Counted from the first letter of the stretch, positions 51,201-60,884 are shown. The stretch is 64,000 nucleotides of DNA from Candidatus Poribacteria bacterium (GCA_965116925.1 OZ220744.1:2496001-2560000); one strand, 5' to 3'. Notes: generated by a model not told the origin, from the sequence alone. A program made the numbers and translations.

Positions 51201-52672
51201 AACCGTGCCATGTCCGCCACAGTGATAGTGGCACCGGGTGCTTTGCGGAGCACCTGCTCGATGGCGTTGCGGAGGTTTGGGTCGGGTATGTTCACCGGCA
51301 CGGCGATGATACTAAACTCAACGATAACCCCTCTGCTTTGGAGTGTGGGAATATGAGTGTTGACGGATAGGACGCTGAGTGGATTACCCTTCACATCAAC
51401 CGCGTCTCCACTTCTCAATCCCGTGTTTGCGACGAGGGGCCAGAGGTCGAATATGGAGTTGTTCTGAAGATATAGTTCGGTCAGCTGAGTTAATCTTGCT
51501 AGGGGTGAAATGTCGGATATGAAATTGCTGTCAAGTCTTAGTGCTGTCAGCTTAGTTAATCCTGCCAGGGACGAGATATTTGATATGTTGTTGTCCCAAA
51601 GATTCAGCACTGCTAGTTGGGTTAGTCCTGTCAGAGGTGAAATATTGGATATGTTGTTGATTCCAAGCCCTAGTGCTGTTAGGTTCGTTAATCTCGCTAG
51701 AGGTGAGATGTCGGATATGAGGTTATCCCGAAGATCTAGCAATGTCAATCGAGTTAATCCTGCCAGGGGTGAGATATTCGATATGGAGTTGTCGCCAAGT
51801 CCCAGTTCTGTTAGGTTAGTTGCATGCTCAAGCCCTGTTAAATTGTAGATATTCTCATTAACGGCGTAAAGTGCTTCCAAGGTCGCCATATCCGCTACGG
51901 TGATGGCGGCACTGGGTGCTTTGCGGAGCACCTGCACGATGGCGTTGCGAAGGTTGGAGTCGGGTATGTTCACCACTTTCGGTGGCACTACGATTTGGTC
52001 AAACGCAACGGTAACGCCTCTACTTTGGAGGATGGGAATGTGTCTGTTGTAAGATAGTGCGTTGAGCGGATTTCCCTTCACATCAACTGTGTCACCGCCT
52101 CTCAATCCCGTGTTTGCGACGAGAGGCCAGAGGTCCGATATGAAGTTGTTGTCAATCCACAATTCTGTTAGGTCGGTTAATCCTGCAATGGCAGAAATAT
52201 TGGATATACGGTTCTCCCCAAGATCCAGTATTATGAGGTCGGTTAATCTTGCTACGATTGAGATGTTGGATATGGAGTTGTTCAAAAGATTTAGGTATAT
52301 CAGTCGAGTTAATCTCGCAAGGGGTGAGATGTCGGATATGAAGTTTTTGTCAAGCTCCAGTCGTGTCAAGTTAGTTAATCCTGCCAGGGGTGAGAGATCG
52401 GATATATAATTGTTCCCAAGCCACAACCATATCAGGTTGGTTGCAGCTTCAAGTCCTGTCAAGTTGGTGATTGCCTGATTGGTGCCGTCCAGTTCGGTCA
52501 ACCATGCCATGTCCGCCACAGTGATGGTGGCACCGGGTGCTTTACCGAGATGATCCTCAATGACAGCGCGGAGGTTGAAGTCAGGGATGAATACGACTTG
52601 CGCGGTTGCTGCCACCGGAATAAACAGACAAATCAAGGAAAATAGGATGAGACGAAAATGCCGTTTTGTCAT
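48260..52672 (-). CDS. Secreted internalin-like LRR protein (six capped LRR modules) with dockerin and FlgD-Ig/T9SS-like CTD
   Basis: Signal peptide; 22-aa LRRs; twin D.N.DG.VN..DLV dockerin motifs; LPNYPNPFNPETWIPY...RKMLILK. Confidence 0.92.
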   Translation of the reverse strand: MTKRHFRLILFSLICLFIPVAATAQVVFIPDFNLRAVIEDHLGKAPGATITVADMAWLTELDGTNQAITNLTGLEAATNLIWLWLGNNYISDLSPLAGLTNLTRLELDKNFISDISPLARLTRLIYLNLLNNSISNISIVARLTDLIILDLGENRISNISAIAGLTDLTELWIDNNFISDLWPLVANTGLRGGDTVDVKGNPLNALSYNRHIPILQSRGVTVAFDQIVVPPKVVNIPDSNLRNAIVQVLRKAPSAAITVADMATLEALYAVNENIYNLTGLEHATNLTELGLGDNSISNISPLAGLTRLTLLDLRDNLISDISPLARLTNLTALGLGINNISNISPLTGLTQLAVLNLWDNNISNISSLAGLTKLTALRLDSNFISDISPLARLTQLTELYLQNNSIFDLWPLVANTGLRSGDAVDVKGNPLSVLSVNTHIPTLQSRGVIVEFSIIAVPVNIPDPNLRNAIEQVLRKAPGATITVADMARLIELDATSKNIRNLTGLEHATNLTKLYLRYNSISDISPLAGLTNLTFLILRDNFISDISPLARLTNLTGLGLGNNNISYISPLSGLTNLTELGLGNNNITNISPLAGLTNLTILGLRNNSISNISAIERLTQLNELYLQENAISDLWPLVANTGLRGGDTVNVNGNPLSTVSFTTHLATLRSRGVTVEFDQVVVVPPPPPPPPQSVNIPDPNIRHAIRKALGKARDAVITLEDMARLTELEVTRKTITNLTGLEHATNLTKLVLRSNAIADLSPLAGLTQLTFLHLGSNRISSIFSLARLTQLRQLYLEKNTISNISLLAGFTNLTTLELGHNNITDISPLERLTQLTKLGLHNNSISNISLLERLTQLTELYLQNNAISDLWPLVANTGLGSGDTLNVRGNPLSDLSFNTHIPTLQSRGVNVNSDQIVVTPKTVNIPDPNLRNAIEQVLGKARGATITVADMQTLAAFYATSENIRNLTGLEYAANLTELRLVGNNITDISPLARLTKLRQLWLDDNSISDISALTGLTNLSELRLLNNAISDISPLLRNTGLGSSDWIDLRGNLLNNVSINTHIPALQSRGIVIEFDQIVVPPKTVNIPDTNLRNVIEKALRKAPGTTITPADMERLTNLNGTNENITNLTGLEHATNLTYLVLINTNVTDLSPLARLTRLIELDLTNNSISDISPLAKLTRLGYLNLADNSVSDISPVAGLPQLSALNLENNSISDISPLVENTKLGNGDEIYLTGNPLSALSINTHIPTLQSRQVIVEFDDTVTRPADVNRDGVVNIFDLVSVASQFGKQGQNLAADTNGDGVVNVFDLVVIIGAFGDAAAAPSAQPQGALTAAQVRGWLTEARFLEIKDPIVKQGIMVLEQLLIALTPAETKLLPNYPNPFNPETWIPYRLAEDAFVTLTIYDGAGQIVRTLNVGYQTAAAYESRSKAIYWDGRNHVGETVASGVYFYHLSAGDYSATRKMLILK

Positions 52673-52731
52673 GAATCGATCCTCTCTGGAGTCGGAAATA
52701 TGTGTGAAAAATAAAGGTACTTCGGTTGGTC

Positions 52732-52756
52732 AAAAGAGGGAAGGCAATATCCCCTC
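52732..52756 (-). terminator. Possible intrinsic terminator between the DUF790 and LRR genes
   Basis: GAGGGGA/TTCCCTC stem followed by TTTT. Confidence 0.35.
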
Positions 52757-52940
52757 CATCAGAAACTGAGCACCTTTCATTTGGGCGTTAGGTTGCTGAT
52801 ATTCGATACATATCACCCCGCGCCGAAAAGATTGGTTCCATTTCGATTCCGATTTTATTGAGATTTATCGCGAGATTCAAAGCGGATGGGGCTATAGGTG
52901 GGGCAAATGCGAGAGAATCGTGTGAGCAGGGATACTCAAC

Positions 52941-54176
52941 CTACGGGTGTACTTGATTCTTCTCAGGAATTGCACAGGCTTCGACCTTTTCCAGCACGTC
53001 TTTGGGTTTAATCCGCGTTTTGAAAAAGAGCACTTCGCCGGAGATGTCTCGGAAATCTTCGGTCGAACAGTTTAGTTGATCTGACACAGCGGCGATCATG
53101 TTGGGCATGGCAGCGCGTTTGAATTTCCACAGTTTTTTCTGGAGGTAATCCGGTGTCCAGAAGCCGACGATTTCCATTAAGGCGCGTCGTCCGTCGGGGT
53201 GTGAGAAGGCGAAGTCTGGAATCATCACGGTGTCTTTGAGATTGATGATGTCCGTCTCGCGTTCAAGCGTCCATTCTGTCTCGATTTTATCAAACTGTAT
53301 TGCGAAATGTCGCTCTAGTTCGCTGTCAAACTCGCCGGGGTCCCGATAGTGGGATTGTAGCCCAAATTCGTCGGTGAGGTTAAATCGGAGATGCTCGTTT
53401 TTGTTCATGACGATTGTTGCGTCTAGCCACCATCGATCGCAGTGTAACAGCGCGGGTAGAAACAGTGCCATCTGGATACCGTACTTCTGCGACAGGCGGA
53501 ACATTGATGCGGGACCGTCGAGGACGATTTGATAGCCGTCGGCATTGTTTCCAGAAACGACGTGCATCAGCTTAAAGAACTTGATGAACTGGAACACCAA
53601 CTTGTATTTTGTTGGGATATTGCGATAAATTCGGATTGTCATTTCGCTGGCACGGTAGAGCATCGCTTGGGCGAGTGCGACGTTATACCGATCCAGCAGC
53701 CACTCGGTGGTCGGCGAATCGAACTCTGTCAGGAGGCGGTTCTCCTCTAGGTCCGCATACATGCCGTCCATCACTGCGTCCCCCGAGACGTTAAGTTCAT
53801 CGGCGATTTTCGCGAGTGCTTTTGGAGATGTATGCCGGTGCCGTCTATCTCCTTTGGTCACAACTGGATGGTGTTTGCTCGCGTAGGCGAAGATTTTTTC
53901 TCGAAGCACCTCTGGCTCAATTGGGGATTGAACCGTAAATTCGGAGCGATCTTCGAGCAGCTTGGCAAGCCCGCGTGTGATCTGGTAATTGGTGTCAGCG
54001 GCTTCATAATCCGCTAGTGCCGAAGCGAGTGCCCCTTTGGCTTTGTTGAGATGTGCGGTGTAAATCTCGATCAGATCTCTTGCGATTGCACAATACTTTC
54101 TGCTTTTTGGGTTCACATAGCGGGCTTGGATCTCGTCTTCTTTAATTCGATAGCGGAGCAGGTCGAGTGGGAGCAT
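52941..54176 (-). CDS. DUF790 family (Bax1-like) predicted endonuclease
   Basis: YADL, RYN.ALAQ..LY.A, LDGP.S.F....KYG, FDS..E, IPDF, EIVGFWT..YL..K. Confidence 0.85.
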   Translation of the reverse strand: MLPLDLLRYRIKEDEIQARYVNPKSRKYCAIARDLIEIYTAHLNKAKGALASALADYEAADTNYQITRGLAKLLEDRSEFTVQSPIEPEVLREKIFAYASKHHPVVTKGDRRHRHTSPKALAKIADELNVSGDAVMDGMYADLEENRLLTEFDSPTTEWLLDRYNVALAQAMLYRASEMTIRIYRNIPTKYKLVFQFIKFFKLMHVVSGNNADGYQIVLDGPASMFRLSQKYGIQMALFLPALLHCDRWWLDATIVMNKNEHLRFNLTDEFGLQSHYRDPGEFDSELERHFAIQFDKIETEWTLERETDIINLKDTVMIPDFAFSHPDGRRALMEIVGFWTPDYLQKKLWKFKRAAMPNMIAAVSDQLNCSTEDFRDISGEVLFFKTRIKPKDVLEKVEACAIPEKNQVHP

Positions 54177-54756
54177 CGGATTTTTTCCGGCGTTATGGGG
54201 TATTGGTTTTGTAGTTAGGTTGGTGATGCTGCTGCAATTTATAGTGAATTCAAAAAACAAAGAAACACTTGCGCCCCCCGGTAGGTGCGGTTTGTAACCG
54301 CACCGGTTTGGCGTGTCCCATTAATTCTAAAATCTACTATAGATGCCGAGTTTACCATAAGGTAAGTTTCGCGTCAAGATCATTGCGCCTTGATTTAGGA
54401 GCGTTCAATTCTCCTGTAGGAGGGATCTCCGAATCCCGACACCTCGTTTCTAATAATTCGCTTGATCCTCTCATGGATTTTTGGTACACTAAGCGTGAAA
54501 TATTTTGTCTGAATCGCGGATTAAGAGGATTAAAGGATTACGCGGATTAGGTTGGGTGAACGGGTTGGATAAAATGCCCAACCAATGAGAAAATGTTATA
54601 GTTTGATGTTGGGTTTCATTTGTGTTCAACCCAACCTACGAGTTGGATCGAAGGCAGAGTGCTTGGCGGGCGAGGAGACCTCGCCTCTACGGGAAGATCG
54701 AAGATATATTTAGCAGCACGTTTTAAGAAACCTTGAAGTATCCTGTGAGGAAAAAT

Positions 54757-56352
54757 ATGAGCGAAAACAAAAAACCGAATATACTTTTAATTTTGAACGA
54801 TGATATGGGGTATTCGGATCTCGGTTGTTACGGTGGGGAGATCCACAGTCCGAATTTGGACCGGCTGGCTAGCAGCGGGTTGCGGTTCACACAGTTCTAT
54901 AACACCGCCCGTTGCTGTCCTTCGCGGGCTTCAATGCTGACGGGGCTCCATCCGCATCAGACTGGGGTTGGGCACATGATGTCAGACGACGGTTTGGAGG
55001 GGTATCGTGGGGATCTGAATAATCGCTGTGTGACTATCGCTGAAGCCCTCAAACCCGCGGGGTATCGCACCTACATGAGCGGCAAGTGGCATATCTCCCG
55101 GCATACCGATCCGGACGGACCGAAACACAGTTGGCCCCTGCAGCGCGGCTTTGATCGCTATTTCGGCATTATCACGGGAGCTGCGAACTATTGGAAACCG
55201 AACACACTGACCCGCGATAACGAGCATATCCCACACGACGAGCTGCCCGAAGGCTTTTTCTTGACCGATGCAATCAGCGATGAGGCGTCTGCTTTCATCC
55301 GAGGCCATGCGGAGGAGGCTTCGGATCAACCGTTCTTCACCTATGTCGCCTACACCTCGCCCCATTGGCCCCTCCACGCCCATGACGAGGACATCGCACG
55401 CTATGAGGGTCGGTTTGTGGCAGGTTGGGATCAACTCCGCGAGGAACGACTACAGCGGATGCGGGAGATGGGAATCCTTGATGAGGGTTGGGCGTTGACA
55501 GATCGGGATCCGACGCAGCCGCCGTGGGAAGAAGCGGAGCACAAGGCGTGGAATCAACGGCGCATGGAGGTCTACGCGGCTCAGATTGATCGGATGGATC
55601 AGGGAATTGGTCGGATCGTGACGGCGTTGGAGGAGACGGGGCAGTTGGAGGACACGCTAATCCTTTTCCTAGCCGATAACGGTGGGTGTGCGGAGGAACT
55701 TCGGGGACCTGCGAATCGCGTGGGGAAGGACGGCTTAATCGAGACCGAGACGACGCACGATGGGCAACCGGTGTATCGGGGGAACGATCCGAGCATGATG
55801 CCGGGCCCTGAAATCACATATCAGAGTTACGGCGTCCCTTGGGCGAACCTTTCCAACACTCCCTTCCGCGAATACAAACATTGGGTACATGAGGGTGGCA
55901 TTGCGACGCCGCTCATCGCGCATTGGCCCCAACAGATTCAGACAGCGGGTGCGCTGCGCCATCAGCCGGGTCAACTCCCCGACATCATGGCGACCTGCCT
56001 TGAGATCTCTGGGTCAACCTATCCCGACGAACACAATGGTACCCCAATCTATCCCTTGGAGGGGACAAGCCTCACGCCTATCTTTGACGATGAAGATAAC
56101 GATAAAGAGGCACTCATCTGGGAGCATGAGGGCAATGCAGCGGTGCGGAAAGGGAAGTGGAAGTTGGTGTGTAAATACCCAGGGGATTGGGAACTTTACG
56201 ACATGGAGATAGATCGCACCGAGCGCAACGATCTGTCGGCACAGTTTCCAGAACAGGTTGAGGAACTGAGCGAGTTGTATCAGGCGTGGGCGGATCGCTG
56301 TTTTGTTGAACCTTGGGGCAAGATTTTGGAAGGGAGAAAAACGGAGGCTTGA
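54757..56352 (+). CDS. Arylsulfatase (formylglycine-dependent, Cys-type)
   Basis: PNILLI..DDMG, CCPSRASMLTG, GKWH. Confidence 0.95.
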   Translation: MSENKKPNILLILNDDMGYSDLGCYGGEIHSPNLDRLASSGLRFTQFYNTARCCPSRASMLTGLHPHQTGVGHMMSDDGLEGYRGDLNNRCVTIAEALKPAGYRTYMSGKWHISRHTDPDGPKHSWPLQRGFDRYFGIITGAANYWKPNTLTRDNEHIPHDELPEGFFLTDAISDEASAFIRGHAEEASDQPFFTYVAYTSPHWPLHAHDEDIARYEGRFVAGWDQLREERLQRMREMGILDEGWALTDRDPTQPPWEEAEHKAWNQRRMEVYAAQIDRMDQGIGRIVTALEETGQLEDTLILFLADNGGCAEELRGPANRVGKDGLIETETTHDGQPVYRGNDPSMMPGPEITYQSYGVPWANLSNTPFREYKHWVHEGGIATPLIAHWPQQIQTAGALRHQPGQLPDIMATCLEISGSTYPDEHNGTPIYPLEGTSLTPIFDDEDNDKEALIWEHEGNAAVRKGKWKLVCKYPGDWELYDMEIDRTERNDLSAQFPEQVEELSELYQAWADRCFVEPWGKILEGRKTEA

Positions 56353-56353
56353 G

Positions 56354-57241
56354 ATGATTTTAACGATGAATCAGATAGAGATGGAATTGGGCGGGAAGTA
56401 CCTCGGTTGGTTGCGCGAAGCGAACGATCTGCTCGGTGACCGCGAGGCACTTCAAGCACGGTTGGAAGAAGATGGCTATCTGCTGATCCGCGGCTTGCAC
56501 GACCCGGAGAAGGTTAAAGCAACCCGCCGATTCCTGCTCGAAAAATTGGACGAAAATGAGCAACTTGATCGCTCGTATCCGCTTTTAGAAGGGATTCCAG
56601 CAGAAGGGAAGCGCGGCATGTTTATGGGTGGCAACAAAGCGGTGACCCATGAGCCGCCATTTCTGAATCTGGTCGAATCGCCGGAGATCATGGATTTTTG
56701 TGAAGTTTTCTACGATGCGCCGGTCATCACCTACGATTATAAATGGTTGCGTGTGGTCGGTCCGGGAGGGTTCACCGGCGCGCACTATGATATCGTCTAC
56801 ATGGGACGTGGTACGCAACAACTCGTTACCTGTTGGACGCCGCTCGGCGATGTGCCGCTCGAAATGGGTCCGTTGGTGATTCTTGTGGGTTCTCACCGTT
56901 TTGAGGTACTCAAAGAGACCTACGGCAAAATGGACGTTGATCGGGATCATGTGACGGGTTCGTTCTCGTATGACCCGATCGAATTGGCGGATCGCTACGG
57001 AGGGCGGTGGGGTACGAGCTCGTTTGAGATGGGGGATGTGCTTATCTTCAGTATGTTCACGATGCACGGATCGTTAGATAACACGACCCATCGCTTTCGT
57101 CTCAGCACCGACACGCGCTATCAACGTGCCGATGAACCTGTGGATGAACGTTGGATCGGAGATGATCCGATCGCGCATTATGCGTGGACGCAGGGCGAAA
57201 CGGTGCCGATGGAGGAGATGCGGAAAAGGTGGGGCGTTTAA
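56354..57241 (+). CDS. Phytanoyl-CoA dioxygenase (PhyH) family Fe/2OG oxygenase
   Basis: HYD iron-binding motif, W.PLGD....G.L..L.GSH, GDVL.F...T.H, R.S. Confidence 0.88.
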   Translation: MILTMNQIEMELGGKYLGWLREANDLLGDREALQARLEEDGYLLIRGLHDPEKVKATRRFLLEKLDENEQLDRSYPLLEGIPAEGKRGMFMGGNKAVTHEPPFLNLVESPEIMDFCEVFYDAPVITYDYKWLRVVGPGGFTGAHYDIVYMGRGTQQLVTCWTPLGDVPLEMGPLVILVGSHRFEVLKETYGKMDVDRDHVTGSFSYDPIELADRYGGRWGTSSFEMGDVLIFSMFTMHGSLDNTTHRFRLSTDTRYQRADEPVDERWIGDDPIAHYAWTQGETVPMEEMRKRWGV

Positions 57242-57341
57242 TAACCAAAGTTCATTGGTTCATTTAACGGATGAATCCTATATTGCTATTGTGCTTAAAG
57301 CTAGGGAAGATTGGATTTAGATGAGGTTAAAAAGGAGTTGT

Positions 57342-58295
57342 ATGACACTTGACGATATTCAACAGATTGCTGTGATTGGGGCGGGTTTGATGGGGCATGG
57401 GATCGCCCAAGAATTTGCGTTCGCCGGCTATCAGGTTCACCTGCACGATGTGAGCCAAGCGCAGGTTGACGCTGGAATAGAGCGGATACGAGATAATCTT
57501 CAGCTGTTTGTGGAAAATGACCTTGCCAGATCGGAGCAGATCGATGAGACACTCAATCGGATTCATGGGTCGGACCAGCTTGAAACTGTTGGGAGAGAGG
57601 CGGATTTTGTCATTGAAGCGGTGATTGAGAATCTGCCCCTCAAGCAGGAGGTGTTCCGCCAACTGGATCAGATCTGCCCAACACACACGATTCTCGCAAG
57701 CAATACGACGGCACAGATGCCTTCGCAAATTGGTGCATTTACCCAGCGTCAAGATCAGATTCTGAACACCCACTATTTCAATCCGCCCTATCTCATCCCG
57801 CTTGTCGAACTGATTCGCAGCCCAAAAACATCGGATGAAACATTGCATGTGACGTATGATCTGATGGTGAAGATCGGGAAGACACCGGCGGTTATCCAGA
57901 AGGAGGTTCCCGGCTTTGTGGGGCCCCGTCTACAAGCTGCGGTCATCCGTGAGGCGTTCTCAATCGTTGAGCGCGGCATCGCCACTGCGGAGGATGTCGA
58001 TCTGGTGGTCCGTAACAGCTTTGGACGGCGTCTGAGCGTTGCGGGACCGTTTCAGGTGTTTGAACTGGCGGGGTGGGATCTCGTCCTCGCAGCGTTTGAA
58101 GAGTTATACAAAGATCTCAACAACTCATCAGAGATTAACCCGCTTCTCCGCGAAATGGTTGAGGACGACAAGCTCGGCGTCAAATCAGGAGAGGGATTCT
58201 ACGAATGGACGCCTGAAAGGATTGATGAGATTCGCGGTAAGATGAATCGGGTGTTGATTGGTCGGATGCAGGAAGACGTAAAACGTGAAACGTGA
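57342..58295 (+). CDS. 3-hydroxyacyl-CoA dehydrogenase family
   Basis: VIGAGLMG.GIA, EAVIENL..K, HYFNP, LG.KSG.GFY. Confidence 0.92.
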   Translation: MTLDDIQQIAVIGAGLMGHGIAQEFAFAGYQVHLHDVSQAQVDAGIERIRDNLQLFVENDLARSEQIDETLNRIHGSDQLETVGREADFVIEAVIENLPLKQEVFRQLDQICPTHTILASNTTAQMPSQIGAFTQRQDQILNTHYFNPPYLIPLVELIRSPKTSDETLHVTYDLMVKIGKTPAVIQKEVPGFVGPRLQAAVIREAFSIVERGIATAEDVDLVVRNSFGRRLSVAGPFQVFELAGWDLVLAAFEELYKDLNNSSEINPLLREMVEDDKLGVKSGEGFYEWTPERIDEIRGKMNRVLIGRMQEDVKRET

Positions 58296-58435
58296 AAATC
58301 ATTGGTACATTGCGGTTCATTCATAAACGCGAGTGAACTAATGAACTCAATTGATTTCTTTTGCACGATTTCTTAACATGGACTTTATTTTTTTTGAGAT
58401 TGCCGTTTGATAAATCTGTTTTGCGGAAAAAAACC

Positions 58436-58464
58436 TTGCCTAAATCTAGAAAATTGCTTATAAT
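58436..58464 (+). promoter_or_regulatory. Sigma70 promoter TTGCCT-17-TATAAT for the cohesin gene
   Basis: Consensus -10 with 17-nt spacer. Confidence 0.55.
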
Positions 58465-58583
58465 AACCCTCGTTCTCTTAATATGGCTGATAATAGAGAA
58501 TGGTTTTGCCGTACTGGCAATGTATAACATAACAAAGAAACAACCTAGAAATTAACCTTCATAAGTATGAAAGGAGTTATCTG

Positions 58584-60734
58584 ATGAAACGTCAGATTGC
58601 CAATCCAAGTAAATGTTTTGTCATTTTGGCTGCATTTATGTTACTTACAGTTCAAGGTGTTTATGGTCAAACGGTCTCGATAGATCCGGCTACGGTAGAG
58701 TCTCCAGCCGCTGGAGAGCAGTTGACCCTTAATGTCAACATCACAGGCGGAGTGGGTGTCGCTGGTTATCAATTTACTGTAACCTTTGACTCAAGTGCTC
58801 TCTCGGATGTCAGCGTTGCAAATGCGGACTATCTGCCCGCCGGTACGTTTGTCGTGCCCGGGTCCACCACCGATACAAGTGCCATATTCGGTGCAACCTC
58901 TGCGCTTATTAACGCTACAGCAGATGGAGATGGCACGCTTGCCACAGTAACCTTTACAGTTGTTGAAGCCAAGGACTCGACAATTGAGTTGTCTGGGGTC
59001 TTAATTTCTGACCTGGAGGCAAACCCAATCGCCGTGACAGTCGAAGGCGGTATGGTTACTGGACCTGCTGTGGAAACACCAGAAACACCAGAGACACCCG
59101 AAACGCCTGAGACCCCTGAGATGCCTGAAATGCCGGAGGCTGTTGAATTTAAGGTAACACTAACAAACCTCACCATGGGTGTTCCAACTCAAGGTGGTCA
59201 GATTTTCTCACCGCCGATCTTTGTGACACACGGTCATGGATTTTCAATCGGTGCATCCGGTGAGGCAGCCAGCGCGGAACTCACCCTACTAGCGGAAACT
59301 GGCAATAATAGGCCGCTCGCTGCATTGGCTGACGGGTCAGGCGCTGTTCGCAGTGTCGTTGCATTTCCCGCTCCCCCTGGAGGGGTAGTGCTCCCCGGTG
59401 CGTCCGTTTCAAGGATGGTCAGTGCGAGTTCTGATATGGGCTATCTCTCATTGGCGGCGATGCTTGTTCACACCAACGACGGCATCGTTCTGGCAAGCAG
59501 TTTACCCCTCTTCGATGGGGATGGTAACCCACGCTCGTTCACAATGGATCTAATGTCCTATGATGCAGGTACGGAAGATAACAACGAGTTGGCAACACAT
59601 GTTCCGGGATTTGAAGGCACGGAACGCGCACCGACTGAAGGCGGCGTGCTTTCTTCGCCGCATCCCGGCATAGCTGGTACTGCTGATGTAGGCACTGCGT
59701 TCGGTTGGACAGAGCCTACCGCAACTGTGGCTGTTGAAGCAATGGTCGAGGCACCTGAGGTGCCTGAAGTGCCTGAGGTACCTGAGGTGCCTGAAGTACC
59801 TGAGATCCCCACAGAGCCTACGGGTATGTTTGAAATGGCGTTGGCACCTGGACTGAACATGATTTCCTTGCCACTGATGCCGGCAGAACCTTATACGGCG
59901 AGTTCGTTTGCTGCGGCGGTGGGTGCAACTGTCGTGATTCGGCTTGACACAGCGATGCAGGAGTTTGTCGGGTTCACTGCAGATCAGGACGGTGATGGCT
60001 TCGCGATTGAAGGGGGGCAGGGTTATATCGTCAACGTCCCCGGTGGTGGCATGGTCACGTTTGAGGGAACGGCGTGGGATAACACGATGGAGGACGCAGC
60101 AGCAGCGCCGGGTATCCAACTTCCGAGCACGACCTGGGCGTTTGTCGTCAGTGGCGATCTGCTGGAGGCTGAGGCAGGTGTATCCTACACAGTCGTTGCG
60201 GAAAACCATCGTACCGGTGAGGTCACAACACGACGGATTTCCAGCGAGCACAGGGAATTCAACACAGTCTGGGCAGACCTGTCACGGCAGAGCGTCATTG
60301 AAGCTGGCGATACGCTAGAGGTTATGCTACTCGATGATATGGAAAATATCGTTTCAGGCCCCTTCACACATAGAATTGGGGTTGAAGACCTTCGGAAGGC
60401 TTACCTGAGTTTATCGTTGACTGTTGGCGATATGCATCCGGCAAAGACGATATTGGGACAGAACTTCCCGAATCCGTTCAACCCTGAAACGTGGATTCCG
60501 TACCAGCTTGAGAAATCAGCAGATGTCGCTCTCCAGATTTACAACACATCTGGTAGTATTGTACGAACTATCGATCTCGGCTTTAAGCCACAAGGGTTCT
60601 ATATGACCCGCTCTACGGCGGCGTACTGGGATGGTCGTAACAATATGGGTGAGCAGGTCGCCTCTGGAGTTTATTTCTACAGTTTGCAAACTCCTGACTT
60701 TTCGGCGACACGGAAGATGCTAATTTTGAAGTAG
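58584..60734 (+). CDS. Secreted cohesin + spondin_N domain protein with (PET)n/(PEV)n linkers and FlgD-Ig/T9SS-like CTD
   Basis: Cohesin-like VAGYQFTVTFD...GDGTLATVTF; spondin FSPP...H, AE.G, ML..TND, YDAGTE.N; NPFNPETWIPY...RKMLILK. Confidence 0.82.
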   Translation: MKRQIANPSKCFVILAAFMLLTVQGVYGQTVSIDPATVESPAAGEQLTLNVNITGGVGVAGYQFTVTFDSSALSDVSVANADYLPAGTFVVPGSTTDTSAIFGATSALINATADGDGTLATVTFTVVEAKDSTIELSGVLISDLEANPIAVTVEGGMVTGPAVETPETPETPETPETPEMPEMPEAVEFKVTLTNLTMGVPTQGGQIFSPPIFVTHGHGFSIGASGEAASAELTLLAETGNNRPLAALADGSGAVRSVVAFPAPPGGVVLPGASVSRMVSASSDMGYLSLAAMLVHTNDGIVLASSLPLFDGDGNPRSFTMDLMSYDAGTEDNNELATHVPGFEGTERAPTEGGVLSSPHPGIAGTADVGTAFGWTEPTATVAVEAMVEAPEVPEVPEVPEVPEVPEIPTEPTGMFEMALAPGLNMISLPLMPAEPYTASSFAAAVGATVVIRLDTAMQEFVGFTADQDGDGFAIEGGQGYIVNVPGGGMVTFEGTAWDNTMEDAAAAPGIQLPSTTWAFVVSGDLLEAEAGVSYTVVAENHRTGEVTTRRISSEHREFNTVWADLSRQSVIEAGDTLEVMLLDDMENIVSGPFTHRIGVEDLRKAYLSLSLTVGDMHPAKTILGQNFPNPFNPETWIPYQLEKSADVALQIYNTSGSIVRTIDLGFKPQGFYMTRSTAAYWDGRNNMGEQVASGVYFYSLQTPDFSATRKMLILK

Positions 60735-60884
60735 GTACGTGAAGCGTGATGCGTGAAAACAATTTGTTCATGGGTTCATTAGTGAACTGATGAACTAGTG
60801 AATTAAAAAACGATGGGAGCATCGGGCTATTGGACAGGATCTTATGCCCATGCTCCCATTTTTATTTAGAGAACTGAATTCAAG

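Noticed and set aside
48600..52409. Long plus-strand ORFs with repeating motifs
   Set aside because: They are antisense shadows of the LRR gene
58467..58560. Riboswitch in the cohesin gene leader
   Set aside because: Two small hairpins are present, but I recognise no aptamer consensus; an Rfam scan would be needed
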